A stretch of DNA of 64,000 nt from NCBI GenBank assembly GCA_010015805.1, contig ML978140.1, forward strand, positions 124,001 to 188,000, written 5' to 3'. This DNA comes from Rhizodiscina lignyota. Lineage: Eukaryota. The notes under the pieces were generated by a model, which worked only from the letters and a program-made list of their open reading frames with translations, was not told where the DNA came from and searched no databases. The position numbers were made by a program, and so were the translations under genes. The stretch's first letter is position 1, and each line of letters begins with the position of its first letter. Positions 1-12,243 of this stretch are shown here, piece after piece.

Positions 1-555
1 TGCGTTGTTCGGCGTTTTGCCTTCCGTAGAATTGCAGGCTTCCATTCCTGGTAGAGTCTCACTGAGGACCCGCGGTCAATATATTCAATATATTAGGTTG
101 AATCTTTTAACGATGATCCAGATGCGGATTGAATATAAGCAAACTTCATAAGAGGGCGGAAGGTATTGTTACAGTGTTTGGATATTGGTGGGGGCCCTCG
201 TCAGCTAAATGATACTGGATCGTGCACGGTGCTTCTACTTGGATGGGCCTTCTGCGGCTCGACGTACGCAGACCTCTGGTAAATATATCTTGGCAAGTGT
301 GGCTGGGTGTCTCTGTGAGATTTGGAAGGGAGAGAGGCACATCTGACAGCACCTCGATGCTGCGTTCAGATGGAGTTGATTATTAGCTTATTGAAGATTT
401 TTGGAATTGATTTCATCTGTCATCTGATATTGTAGACCATTATGAGTAGAGACTCTTTTGACCATACCACATCTTATCAGCTACGTCACCTTCGAGCCAC
501 TGAATGGATACTTCAAACTTGACCACTTGCAGTTCACCGATTTTCAGTTCGACAC

Positions 556-1770
556 TCAGGACTTGACGGGTTTGAGCTCGTCGAGATCCTTCGTATCTAG
601 GAGCCGTTTTGCACCACCGAGACTGGCCTTGACCACTTCCCTCATGCGAGTCTTCATTTCCTCCTCGTAAGCCGCCACAGCTTCAATGCCGACACCCTTG
701 TTCTCCAGCTCGCGGCACAAAGTCGCAGCGTCCTGCAGAGCACTTGCCGCTCCCGCAGCACCAGTTGGCGGCATGACATGGGCCGCGTCGCCGATAATGG
801 TGACCTTCGATGCCTTCCAGTCAGGGATGTCGGGATGAGTCGTGAGGACGTGGATGGTCGACGTAAGCGTGGGATCAGCATACTTGAACAGCGAGGTCAA
901 CTTCAACGTCCAGTCTGCCGTAAGCTTCGTCGCCAACCCGAGTGCCTCTTCACCGTGGGAGCGGTGGAAGGAGCCAAGCGGTATGCCATGTTGAGAAAGC
1001 AGATTATGGGGCATCATGAGGACCCAGTAGACATAGTCCACAGGCAGCTCGAACGGTGCGTCAGCGGCTCTGTCTCGATTGAAGTGAATCTTCTCGAGGA
1101 GCAAGTGAAGCGGTGACGGTTGCGATCTGTCTGTTACCAAGCTCATCTTGCGCAAGGCGTCCTCTGAGAATGCCCTGATAAAGTCGTCGGTCATGGGTGT
1201 CTTGCTGTAGATGAGGCAACCTTCAGTGTCTAGCAGCGCGATCTGCGGGAAGACCTGGCTTCTCACTCGAGATCGTGCACCTTCAGCTCCGACGAGGAGA
1301 CTTCCGCGCACCGTCGATCCGTCGGTGAAGTGAGAGACCACGCCATCTGGAGTCACCTCGCTCTTTTGGAACTGCTTGCCCCAGCTCACGCGATTTTGCT
1401 CGAGTCCGGTCAACAGTACGTTTCGCAGAACTGATCGATCGACGGTGTAGGCGTGGCCAGGTGGTCGATGGGCTCCGAAGACCTCTCGAGGTGCAAGTGA
1501 CTCTCCTGTTCCAGGATCAATGACTCCTGGGGCGCCAACCTCCACATCTGCGCAAGTCTGCTCGAAGAGGGTGTACAACTCAGTTGAGAGGCATTGCTTC
1601 AAGGCGTCTGCGCCGTCGGAAGCGAGGCGGACGCGGTAGCCTTGTGGGCGGAACGTCACGTCGGTATCTTTCTCGAAGACTTGGAAAGGGATATTGCGCT
1701 TCTTGAGGCCATTTGCGAGGCAGAGGCCACTGATGCCGGCGCCGATGATGAGGACGGGCAGTTCAGACAT
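556..1770 (-). CDS. FAD-dependent monooxygenase (FAD_binding_3 / aromatic hydroxylase-like)
   Basis: Intronless 404-aa ORF with N-terminal GAGISG Rossmann motif, LVGAEG (DG-motif variant) and IGDAAHVMPP..GA..ALQDA (GD motif). Confidence 0.9.
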   Translation of the reverse strand: MSELPVLIIGAGISGLCLANGLKKRNIPFQVFEKDTDVTFRPQGYRVRLASDGADALKQCLSTELYTLFEQTCADVEVGAPGVIDPGTGESLAPREVFGAHRPPGHAYTVDRSVLRNVLLTGLEQNRVSWGKQFQKSEVTPDGVVSHFTDGSTVRGSLLVGAEGARSRVRSQVFPQIALLDTEGCLIYSKTPMTDDFIRAFSEDALRKMSLVTDRSQPSPLHLLLEKIHFNRDRAADAPFELPVDYVYWVLMMPHNLLSQHGIPLGSFHRSHGEEALGLATKLTADWTLKLTSLFKYADPTLTSTIHVLTTHPDIPDWKASKVTIIGDAAHVMPPTGAAGAASALQDAATLCRELENKGVGIEAVAAYEEEMKTRMREVVKASLGGAKRLLDTKDLDELKPVKS

Positions 1771-3235
1771 TGTTGAAAGATGGCTGATGGAAGTTCAAGG
1801 AAGTTATGAGATTTCGCTGCTTATCGGAGAGTTAGCTTTGTTGTGCCAGAGTAGTTACACTGCAGTTTCACGGAGAATGCGGTGCTTGACGCGACTAAGG
1901 GCGTCTCAGGACAAGTGAGTGTTGTGTGCGAACTGAGAACTGACCTGATTGAGCCAACGAGCGGGAGGTTGGAGTAGCAAACTGTAGTGTGCCTGAAGGA
2001 TGAACACTGTAAAGCGAACTTGAGGGTGAGGTGAACTTTATTTGTTGTCATCACCGATGCCGGCCAGAGAAGGAAGGCACGCCTGGTACCTACTCTTGCC
2101 CGCAACGTCAATCTCCTCCCACGCTCATCTTCTCGTCAACATTTGAGTGCTCCTTGTTCTCGTCCACGCCCACTGCCAACAGCCTGAAAGATGACAGAAT
2201 GCGGCTTTGCGGTCAGATGTACAACTAACCTCGCTTCAAAGTGCTGGCAGGCAAATCAATGAAACCGTCCAACAATGGCAGCCACTCCTTATCAACTCAA
2301 GGGGCTAGGGGACACATATCATGTTGCCGTTGCAACATGATGGCGAGCGGATGTTCACAGCTTCCTCTTGTGCGCTCATGCCTTGCCGTTCTGTCCGCTT
2401 GCGTTCTCGTCATGAACATTGATCAAAGCTCTCGTCCTTCTGTGCCACCTCCACAGGCTGCAGCACGCCCCCTTCTGTCTGCAAGGCAACCAAACGAGAG
2501 ACCAACAAGATGCCTTTACCGTATTATTAGAACCTATATAGTATGTACTAGAGGACTCTTGGATGGTTTACCTGGCACGCCGTCAAAAAGGGGCAGCCAG
2601 TACTGACGAACGCAAGGTCGTCTTGCACGGCGTTAACCTCGCAAGGAACCTCTTCCACGCTGCCGTCGGCGCTGACTCGCGCAGGATTGTGCTCGAGGTA
2701 GAAGGCGCTGTACGTTACCAGTGGAACCTTCCACCGCTGCCCGTTCGGGCAGTCGGTCTTTTCTGTTTTGGAGTTTAACAGCGCGACAGACACCTGCATA
2801 TTGACAGCTCCTCCATGCTCCGACCATGATGACGTCTATGCGCGAACAGGACGATGCACAGCGACAGCGTTACCCACCGAGTCATATCCTATCGGCACCA
2901 ACTGATGTGCGACCAAGTCTGATTTATATTTATAAGTACTATCCTAACGTCATAAATTCAAATTTCGTCCAGCTTATTTTATGAAATTTTCATGTACTGT
3001 GCAAAGTGCTGAGATGCATTGAGGAACATGCTGCGCACCCCGCGAGGCTCGAGCTTCCATCGTGGACTCCTAATACTACGCTCGGTCGCAATGCCAGCAT
3101 GGAAGATGCAGATCCTCAATCGCTTTCGGCGATGAGTGTGCATGAGAAGATCATGTCTCCTCCTAGATTAAGATCACAAGACTGAGATCACAACAGTGGA
3201 GGACATGCGGGCGAATATCATTGAATTGCCAACTG

Positions 3236-3349
3236 CTATCTCGCATCATCCTCGAACTCTTCGGTGAGGAGCTCGATAATCTCTTGCACTTAGCAATCCG
3301 CGAGCACCAGGTAATCCGCCAGTGTAATCTAATTCACGATGATGTAGCA
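3236..3349 (-). pseudogene. Relic of NB-ARC/TPR-type fungal NLR gene
   Basis: Manual translation CYIIVN*ITLADYLVLADC*VQEIIELLTEEFEDDAR* resembles the post-NB-ARC segment of fungal NB-ARC-TPR proteins (recalled consensus roughly YINENxITLADYLxLLxEQEEEVIELLSEEFEDDGRY). Three in-frame stops. Confidence 0.6.
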
Positions 3350-3872
3350 CTTCAATCACATTCTGGCCTTCCTCTCTTGAACAGCAACGTCAATTGAAGT
3401 AGAATACCAGACACAAACGCGCAAGTCAACAGCGAGTTCGGGTATGCCAAATTGTCTCATGGAAGGGTATTACCTTTACCTGCAGAAATGTGTATTTCAC
3501 CTAGTACAATGAGTTGATGCGCCTGCCATTACATGGGCGAAGCGCACTTGTGGCTGTCGATTCCTCCCCTGACAAAGAATTTATCCGTTATGAAGGACAA
3601 AATTAGACCGTTGCTGGCGATGTAAACTGCATCGATTCAACGTGCTCTGGCTGTCAGAATTCGAACGCTGCTCGGAGCGATACATATACTGAAAATGCAT
3701 GTAAAATTGAAGCCCTAAATGCCAACAAAACCGGATGCTTCGTGACCTTGCCACGGAAGCTGTTTGAAATGCGAATTTGAGTCGTTTGAGTACTTCGTTT
3801 AGCCGGAATTCTCTGACAATTCCTCCACCTCCCCAGTGTATCCCGTAGCAATCATAGTCTTTACTCGATTGC

Positions 3873-5741
3873 TCACAAAGTATATCGGAAGAATGGACTT
3901 TTATCACCCATTTCTAGCAATTCGACTTCCGTATACTTAGCTCGGACCTCCTCCACACTCATCTTCTCTCTTTCCTTATTAACCTTATCGTAAGACCATC
4001 TCAGGAAGAAGGACATCAACTGGGCTGCCACAACACAGGTAAGGCAGGTACCAAACCCAGCCCAGTAACGAGGGGCTTCGTTTTGAACGAATATGTTGGA
4101 GCCAATGATACCAGAGAGGTTTCCGATCGAGATTAAGAGAGCCATAGCAATTGCTCTCTTGCTTGACGGCGCGGCGTTGTTCGCTAGCCAAGTATTAGAA
4201 ACTCTTTATAGAAGCGTATCATGAAGAATGAAAGAATCACGAACCTGTCCAAGCAAGCACCAGCTGTTGATTACAGTATAATCCCATCGCCGTCGGGAAT
4301 AAGAAGAAGTACGTCAGGGATGGAAGCTTCGGATGCGGAATTACCAGCAGCGCAATTAAGCCGATTTCCGCAAGTATAAATCCTCCAGCCATGAAATACG
4401 ATCGGACCTGGTAGCGGTCCGATAGCCAAGCCCAAAAGATGATAAATCCACAAGTCACAACATAGATGGGGATAGTCATCAATTGAGCGACTGCGGCGGT
4501 GAAGCCGAGCTCGAGGATCACAACTGGGATGGTAAATGTGAACCTAGCAGATGTTAGTCGCACAAAATTTGGCGTTATATAGAACAGGAATCAATCTTAC
4601 GCGTAGACGCCGACGGAGCAACCCCAAAACATAATTACAGCAGCCCAAGTACGCCACTCCCTGAGTGCTGCTAAAATGTGGCTTACAGTGAGCTTGTCGT
4701 TATTAGTTACCCGCCCTCTTCCAGAACCCGTCTCCACTTGGAGGCGGTAAATAATAAAATCACGCTCTTCTTGTGTGAGGAATTTGCATGTCTCTGGGGA
4801 GTTTGGAACGATGAAGAATGCGGCGACAGCAGTGAGAATGGGGAGGAACCCCTCGATGATGAAAATCCTAGGGGAGTGTTAGATCGGTCAAACAGACGGG
4901 ATAATATACCATTACCAGCGCCAGCCCGCTAAGCCGCCGACTCCTTCCATCTTTTCTAGACCGAAAGCCAGCAGTCCGGAGAAGGCACCAGATAGCGAGG
5001 AACAGGAGTAGAAGACTGCTAGACGGCTCAAGAGTTCGTATCGCTTATAGAAGAGTGTCAAGAGAAAAGCGGCACAAGGGAAGAATCCCGCCTGGAACCA
5101 GAGTTAGCCGTCTTCCATTGAAACCAAGCTCCAAGCATGACAGACCTCACAAACACCCAAGAACCATCTGGCACAAGACAGGCCTGCAAAATTCTGAACA
5201 ATTCCCATCAAAGTCCTACAGGTAGTTGTCCATAATGAGCCATTTAACTTGTAATTTGAGCTCAGGAAGGCTTACATGCATATGCCCCATGCGAACATCA
5301 TTATCGCGAGCCAAACATTTGGCGGTATTGTCTTTGCGACGATGTTGCACGGAACCTCCAGAAGCGCATAAGGGATGAAGAAGAGGGTGATTGCAAGGTT
5401 ATATTGGCCTCCTGAAAGATGCAGATCCTTTTGCATCCCAGCGACCTTTGCATTTCCAACTGTGGCAGCATTAGCAGCTGTCTTACAATGAATGAAAGAT
5501 ACAGACTGTTGCCCCGGTCAAGAAACGCAAGAAGATAGAACCATGCGAGCATTGGTATTAGACGAAGGTCTACCTTCCACATGATACGCCTAGCCTCTTT
5601 ATCCGTGTATTCGGGGATCGCGACGGAGTTAGCTACAATTTCAATGTGCTCTGGCTCTCCATCTTTCTCGGTCCGAAATTCTTGGATGATGATTTTCTCG
5701 TCAGGGCTCGCACTCAAATTCTTCTCTGCATGTCCATCCAT
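3873..5741 (-). CDS. MFS transporter, allantoate/nicotinate permease (Dal5/Tna1, ACS) family, multi-exon
   Basis: Exons encode KVDLRLIPML..FYLLAFLDRGN, AQLMTIPIY..WAWLSDR and C-terminal EMGDKSPFFRYTL. Several GT-AG introns. Confidence 0.9.
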
Positions 5742-6547
5742 GTTGACACAAGAGATATGAAGAGTTTCTGATAGCTTTGGACAACTACAAGATTAATGAT
5801 GAAGGTAGAAGGAACCAGGCCGGTTGATGGCGGCTGCGGAAAACGTTTAATCTTGTATTCGTCTAAAGCGCCTAGAACACTCGGTAATTGATGTATGGCC
5901 TGAAGTCCGCTTCTGTCAGGATTCAGGATGCAAAGGGACCTTTACGTCCGCTCGCATAGTTCGCATGTCAGACTAAGAGAAGTGGGGTGCGTCGGAGAGA
6001 ACGCCAACAGGACAGATTCACTCCGCGAGATCATCCCCACGGGGTAAAAGGGGTAGTGTGGAGTTTGTGGGGAAGCATGTACCCAAGCGCCAGGTCTAGA
6101 ACGCGGGGTGCCTTATCACGCCTACCATGCATGCTACTCTTTATTCGTAACCTAGTTGGCATAAGAATGGATTGTACAGCCTCGTTCAATACCGTCAGAT
6201 GACTTCCTCTTTCCTTTGCTCAGGATGAGCAAAGTCGACGTGTCATATAATAAGGAGATGAGGGCAAAGCTTCGTTCGACGTCATCAGTGGAGAAATTGA
6301 GAGAATGAGAAGGTCAAGGTGAGAGGTTGCAGAAAGCGGAATAGACGACATTTCAAAGATACGAAGAGGATTTGTGTCGCGGACGAGTGACTGATCTCAG
6401 AAAGCCCACCTGCCTCGAAACAGAGTTGTCGGATCTTACTGAGGCGGGGTAGTCAGCCTCGAGCTGGTACCTGGAGACGGCCGCGCAATACGGCGGCAAA
6501 TGACACCGAAATTGTAGGGTATCGTCGGTGCTGGTGACATTACTCGC

Positions 6548-6640
6548 GCACCAGGCATCAACCCAGAAGTATTGCAGTCTGTCTGTCTATCTTCGCCTGT
6601 TCTCCGCAGAGGGAGAGGTTGTCGAAGCTTGGCCCCGGGG
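6548..6640 (-). pseudogene. Relic HET domain (HET-E-like N-terminus)
   Basis: PGPSFDNLSLCGEQAKIDR/LQYFWVDAWC resembles the HET-E-type motif GYxKIxFCGEQAxxDGLQYFWVDTCC. The frame is broken by a 4-bp expansion in a (GACA)n tract at about 6577-6588. Confidence 0.6.
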
Positions 6641-8019
6641 CTACGTGTTCCGCGTCGAGACCCAGCGACCGTGTACTTCCTCCACCGCGTCGGCCGACCT
6701 GGAAGTTCCGCCCAGGCTTTGCCGTCGCGCTTCTGTCCGACGCGTGATGAGGTGCTGGCATCCCCTGGTAGTTGCTAGCAGTGTATAGAGCCTGTTTTTC
6801 ACCTCCAACCTGGTTCTCACTCGACTCATCAACGTTGTTATGCTCCGTCGCCGCTCGCAGCCAGGCTGAGGTGGTTTGGCGCGCCGGAACCAGGCATCCA
6901 AGGCGACGTATTCGTTCTCCCGTCGCAGGACCGCTGGGTGCGCATTCGCGGGCAATTCGACGGTCTCAATGCGCTCACGTGTGGGAGGTGGTTAAGCGAG
7001 CCGACAACGCTCAAGACGTGCTGTCCATGTTGCTTGTCAACCTTGGGCTGGCATTGGACAGTCTCCGGGGCTAGGAGGTTGAACATGTATGGGAGGACGA
7101 TGGAGGTTGTGGGCGAGCTGAAGGGGTATTTCAGGAGAAATCTGGCGGAAGCAGTTGATTAGGAGTCAGGAAGGGAATAACTACATGAAAGAGCCATCGT
7201 TGGTAAGAGCCCCTTAAGTAAATAACGCTGCTCGGGAGTAGCGGCATTGACGGGAGGTAGAACATGACCTCAGTCACGTGCTAAGCCCCCTCGGTGTTGG
7301 ATCGGAGCACGCGCGAGAGGGGAAGACGCAGTCAAGGGAGGACCAGGAGTCGTTACTGTCTTTAAACTTGTCCTCAGGTCTCATTGAAAATGCTGACGGA
7401 TGCTTGCCAGGATTATTAATCGTTTCATCGGAGGTATCGTCCTGCGTACTCGCTGGCTTGATAGATTACCCGACCTTCAGGCTGCCGAAACGGATGAAGA
7501 AAGGAGTTATGAAAAGAGGAAGAGGAACGGCAGAGGGAGAAACTAGTCACGCAGCCTAGAAGTATCACATTTCCCAACGTGGAGGAATGGGAGCTGCGCT
7601 GAACCGCATTGCGCCGACAGCGCTCGCAACGAGAAGTTTGTTACCGCTCAATCCTCTCGATATATTGCCTTAATTTAATCTACAACTTGCGAAGAAAGCG
7701 CTGACTGAAACCTCACAGCGAATGAAGCATCAACAACTCCAGGAACCCCTGAAGTTGTGTTGGCTGAACTTCCCTAGCTTTGCAGCGAACTTCGCAACGA
7801 GATATGAGCTCCACTCGCTTCTTCAGACATGCGCCGCTTCTTGCGTCCTCGGAATGGATCAATTCGTTCTCTAGTGCGGTCATTAATTAGACCGTTCTAC
7901 ACCTTCTAAGATTGCCTTACTCAGCCACCTGCGCAATGTCAGGTTGCATTGCAGTCTCTTCAGCTTCCTCGTCCTCCTCCTCGTCCTTGCGCTTGAATTC
8001 GACGGTGAGGTCCGAGTAC

Positions 8020-9200
8020 AAGCCCTCCCCCACCACGGCAACGCGAGCGCCAATATAAGAATAGCATGCTGGCAGAAAGCACTGTAAGGAAATTTAGTAT
8101 GCACAGTCTGGGCGGATGTCTCATTGGTACTGCCTGCAGGGCGGGCGATTGATGTCAATAGGAGGAGAAGCTGGCCACCCGTTGATTCTCTCGGGCTTCC
8201 GTACAAGCCGGATGATACATGCTGCTAGAAAGCGCGTGTCTTCGTCTCTGTCTGAAAGCAGCCATCGCTTTTTCGATTCGTTGAGGAAGATAGCCTGTAA
8301 AGCATATGTGAAGAACTCAGCCTTGTGGTAGCTAAGGTAGCTCATGATTCGATACTCTGGTGAGAGAGCCCAGATCAAGAGGGGGGGCAGCAAAGACGTG
8401 ATCGGTGGACCAGACAGGCTACCGTGATTGAAAGGGGTTTCTATTTGTGATAACCAGTCTTTAACGCGCGTGTGAAGGCTGTGTGGGACATGTAGCGACC
8501 GGATTTCTGGTTCGTGTCGCTCTTTGCATGGCGATGCGATTGTAGGGCGGCTTGTAGATTCCATTGCATCGCTCTCAAGATCTCGTACTCTGCTTGACGT
8601 TGAGCAGTTGTTCGAGGTTGATTCCTCAAAACAAATCGGAGTTTAATTGAAGCAAAGCCGCTCACAGAAGTGTAAAGTGTTGTTGATGGAGCTTGGCGAT
8701 GTACCCAGTCGATTGGTTCGCGGCTCGGGCCGCTCCAGCCACGTGGCGCCCCTGTCGCCATATCCCTGGTGTATACTCAACTCTCTTCACCAGTGAAAAT
8801 AGCCACCATATTAGCCGAGAGTTCCACTGAGGGCTCTTCCGACAATCTTGACCTCAGAATATTTTCGTTAGCACCAAAAGAAGTGCTGGATTTGATCTCC
8901 TGATTCGGCCTCGACTGCGAACGGTTCTGGTAATATAATCGACGTGCAGAACATCGGTTTGAATAAAGCACTCGATCCACGCCCGCAATGTATGATGTTC
9001 AGGATGTGATCCTCTAATACGCCATATTGGCCACACGCAAGCTTGATCTCGCTAACATGCCACCGGCTGAAGTTTGCATGTTTTCCTTCGATGTCAATAC
9101 CGAAAAGGCCGACCGTGGCCTTGGAGACCATCATCGTGACCCTACAACCCAACAAAGAACAAGCAAAAGCGACGCCTGGGAAATAGGAGATCAACGTCGG
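8020..9200 (-). pseudogene. Decayed GT2 glycosyltransferase, chitin-synthase-like (resembles the ESV/virus-like class)
   Basis: Colinear fragments in different frames: RWHVSEIKLACGQY; SVSGFASI...QRQAEYEILRAMQWNLQ (QxxEY motif, about 8582-8599); SPEYR (EDR-like); FTYALQAIFLNESKKRWLLS (QRRRW-like, about 8255-8280); then a hydrophobic stretch ending WWGR. Multiple frameshifts and stops. Confidence 0.55.
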
Positions 9201-9453
9201 CTAAAAAGCCTCTCTCCACTCCCACTTCCAGTGAGAGTGTTTCACAAACTATCAACACGTGTATAATGGTGATACCCTAAATTAATTAAACTAAGAATAC
9301 AGATATCTTAAAACAGTCTAACGAGAAGGTTGCGAACAAGTAGTAATAATCCCTCTATCCGTAGAGAGTCTAAATTATACACCCAAACGCCTCTTCTCTA
9401 ATGGCATTCCTGATCTGGTTCCCATTTGAATACGAATCTTTGTAACAAGTGTC

Positions 9454-12243
9454 TTATGTTACATACTTTTGGCCCAAAGCATTTGCAGCCATTGCAGAAA
9501 GCATTGGCGGAGCACTCGTTGTGAATACTGACAGCGATTAGGACTTCTTCATTTCTGCGCATGGATCTCAACTTACGATAACCAGGACTTGTGAAGCGGA
9601 GCTCCGCAGCGAGGTGTTTGTTGGTGATGACAAAGGCGCCGGGTAGTTGCAACGGCTTGTGGAATGATCCAAACACAACAAGATGGACCTTGGACTTTTG
9701 ACTGAGCTCTTTCAGGCTAACATGATTCGCCACCCCCAGGCCTCTGTCCCCTTGGAAAGTGATACCATCTCTGTTGTCAAGAAAAACGGTCACTTTTGAG
9801 TGATATTTCTGGGCTTCCTTCGAAATGGACAAGACGAAGTCTTCAAAGGCTTCGGCTGTATGTTGTGGATTGCCAAGCTGAGCATGCTGTAGTAACACGG
9901 TGAAAGCAGTACTCCTGTTTTCCCTCAGAGTATCCTTGACTTGGTCAATGAGTCCAACGATGGTGTCGTACTGCATATGATGCACCGATGCATCTCGTCT
10001 TGCCGAGTTGAGACCCTCTGTGATAGCTTTGGGAGCGTCGGCAGGTGTGTATACAACATGTTGACGGAAACCATTCAGGGGACGGCTCAGCGCATTGACG
10101 GTTGACATGAGTGCTATCCGTGTGTCGTTGAATAAGATTGCATGCATGCCGCCAAAGATGGATCCTAAAGTCTCTTCAAGGTTGATATGAGGTGCAAATG
10201 TGCCATTCAACAGACGAGCTGAGCCAGAACCCACGCCATAGGTATGGAGCGCTTGTCGTCCAGCCTCTGCCACCTTGGATCCATCATATTCTAGCCTCCG
10301 TCGTGCTTGTTCACCAGAAGTTGTTTCAGTGTCTTCCAAGTCCCACATCGTTTTGTTGTAAGCTTTTGTTTTGATGATTCTTTGTTCTGAAATCGGTATT
10401 GCAAGATCGGAGAACTGGTAAACGAGCGGCGAATATGTCGTCTTCGCAATTAGCTTGGTCTGCAGCCCACACTCCACGACGACTCGGACAATGTTGGTAA
10501 TATCTTCATCGGTCAACGCAGCGCTCAGGCATAAACGGATGCGCGGTTTTGGAACAGCCGGTGGGACGACGGGCAGAAGAGTCAATCCTTTCTGCTCGCT
10601 TGTCAGAGGGTTTCGGTTCATAAAGGTAATGGGACCGCTTCTTACCTGACTTGCGAGGTAGGTCATTTCTGCAGCCAAGGCGGCATATCCAACATGGATA
10701 GCTACAATGGGGGAGTCGACATGACCGAAGACTTTGAACCCGGCGAGTTTGAGCTGTTGCCGAACGAAGTTTGACATATGATGCAATCTTTTCAGCGTTG
10801 GCGGGAGGAGTTTAATGCAACGCATCCAGTAAAGGGTTTGTATGACGCTGCAAAGAGGGACCGGTTCCGTGCCTTCCTCGACCATTTCGTTGAGCCACCC
10901 TCGAATGAGTTTATCATGTTTGGCAGTCTTCACGCCGATGTAGCCTCCAAGGGCGCCTGCGGACTTTGCCAATCCAGATGTTCGGATATCAACGATATCT
11001 TCCATATAGCCTCCCAAGTATCGAGAGTGTTCGAGAATGCCGCGGCCTTCTCGGCCAAGAGTTAGGAACGAATGACACTCATCGCAGAATACGGTGAAGT
11101 TGTACTTCTGCTTCAGCTTGGCAAGCTCATGGAGGTTGGGATAATAGCCAGACATGCTATAAAATGTGAGCAATCAGCAGCTGTATTAAAGCGTTTCCTC
11201 GTTATCGGCTCCGGTCATCTACAAAAATAACCCGAGACCTGTGCGTACCTGTATAGTCCTTCAATCCCAACTATAATCTCGTCGCAGTCGTATTGCACCA
11301 TTCTGAGTTTGTCTTCAAGGTCTTCAAAGTTGTTGTTCTCAAACTTTACAAGTCGTAATGCACCTGCTGCTCGGGCAGACGTGATCATAGAATTGTGAGA
11401 ATCCTGTGCGTATATCAGCAATGTGTTGTGGCTCATAAGAACAGAACCGCCACCCACAGAATCGAGGAGCCATATCGTACGTGGTCCTGTGATGGCAATC
11501 ATTGCCGCTACATTTGCTGTATAGCCAGTAGAGGTGACCATGCCATAGGTGTCTCCCACAAACTCAGCAATTTCTCCTTCCAAAGCCTTGACAAGCTTCC
11601 TGCTGAATGTGTGACTTGCTTGTGGCATGAGTTCTTTGAGAGCCTTCTCTTCGAGAGCAAGACAGTTCTCGTCTAGTCGTATGAGGCTCGAGTACGAGTT
11701 CGAGGCAGCGTTGATTTTGTACAGTATTTTACGGTCGAGGTTGCGGTATCCTACGACTCGGCCGGCATCTGTGACAAGGACTCTTGGAATCCTGTTCTCA
11801 TAAAATGGCTCTAGGACGTAGTGGACCCAGTCCCCTTGCTTGGAAAGGCTTTGATACTTCTCTGCTTTGTGGGACTGTCGACAGGGAGAATACGCATCTT
11901 TGAAGTCTTGCGTGGTAACTGTAATGCGCCCACCAGCCATCGTCATAGCATCTTTGACCAGCCCCATTTTCTTGTCTAAAAATCTGTTACGCTTCTTTTT
12001 TGCTACCAGCTCCTCAATGTCTTTGGTATCCTCTTGCTTATGAAACACTGCCCGTTCCTCATCATGAATAGACACACCATAAAGCGTTAGGAGGCTGCCA
12101 GAAGAAGGGGTTGTGTGGATAGGTCCGGCATCGACTCTTAGTTTATCAACACGAGGTGTCGAGCAACTGCGAAGTCGATAGTGTTTCGTTCGGATGGTCT
12201 GCTTCGATAACGCTATTTGGTGAACCGCGTATGTCTCCTCCAT
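9454..12243 (-). CDS. Two-domain PLP-dependent alpha-oxoamine synthase (serine palmitoyltransferase LCB2-LCB1 fusion-like)
   Basis: With predicted introns (about 11404-11457, 11159-11248, 10594-10645, 9530-9576) domain 1 has STGYTAN, DSHNSM, EGLYSMSG, DECHS and SGLAKSAGALGG (PLP lysine). Domain 2 has YGVGSGSARLLNGT..HxxLE, GSFHKPL and GYLFTTSAPP. Stop at 9454. The start is taken from the ORF track. Confidence 0.85.

Noticed and set aside
9398..9453. C-terminal tail of the 591-aa ORF
   Set aside because: Read-through of the intron at about 9530-9576; the spliced frame restores GYLFTTSAPP and stops at 9454.
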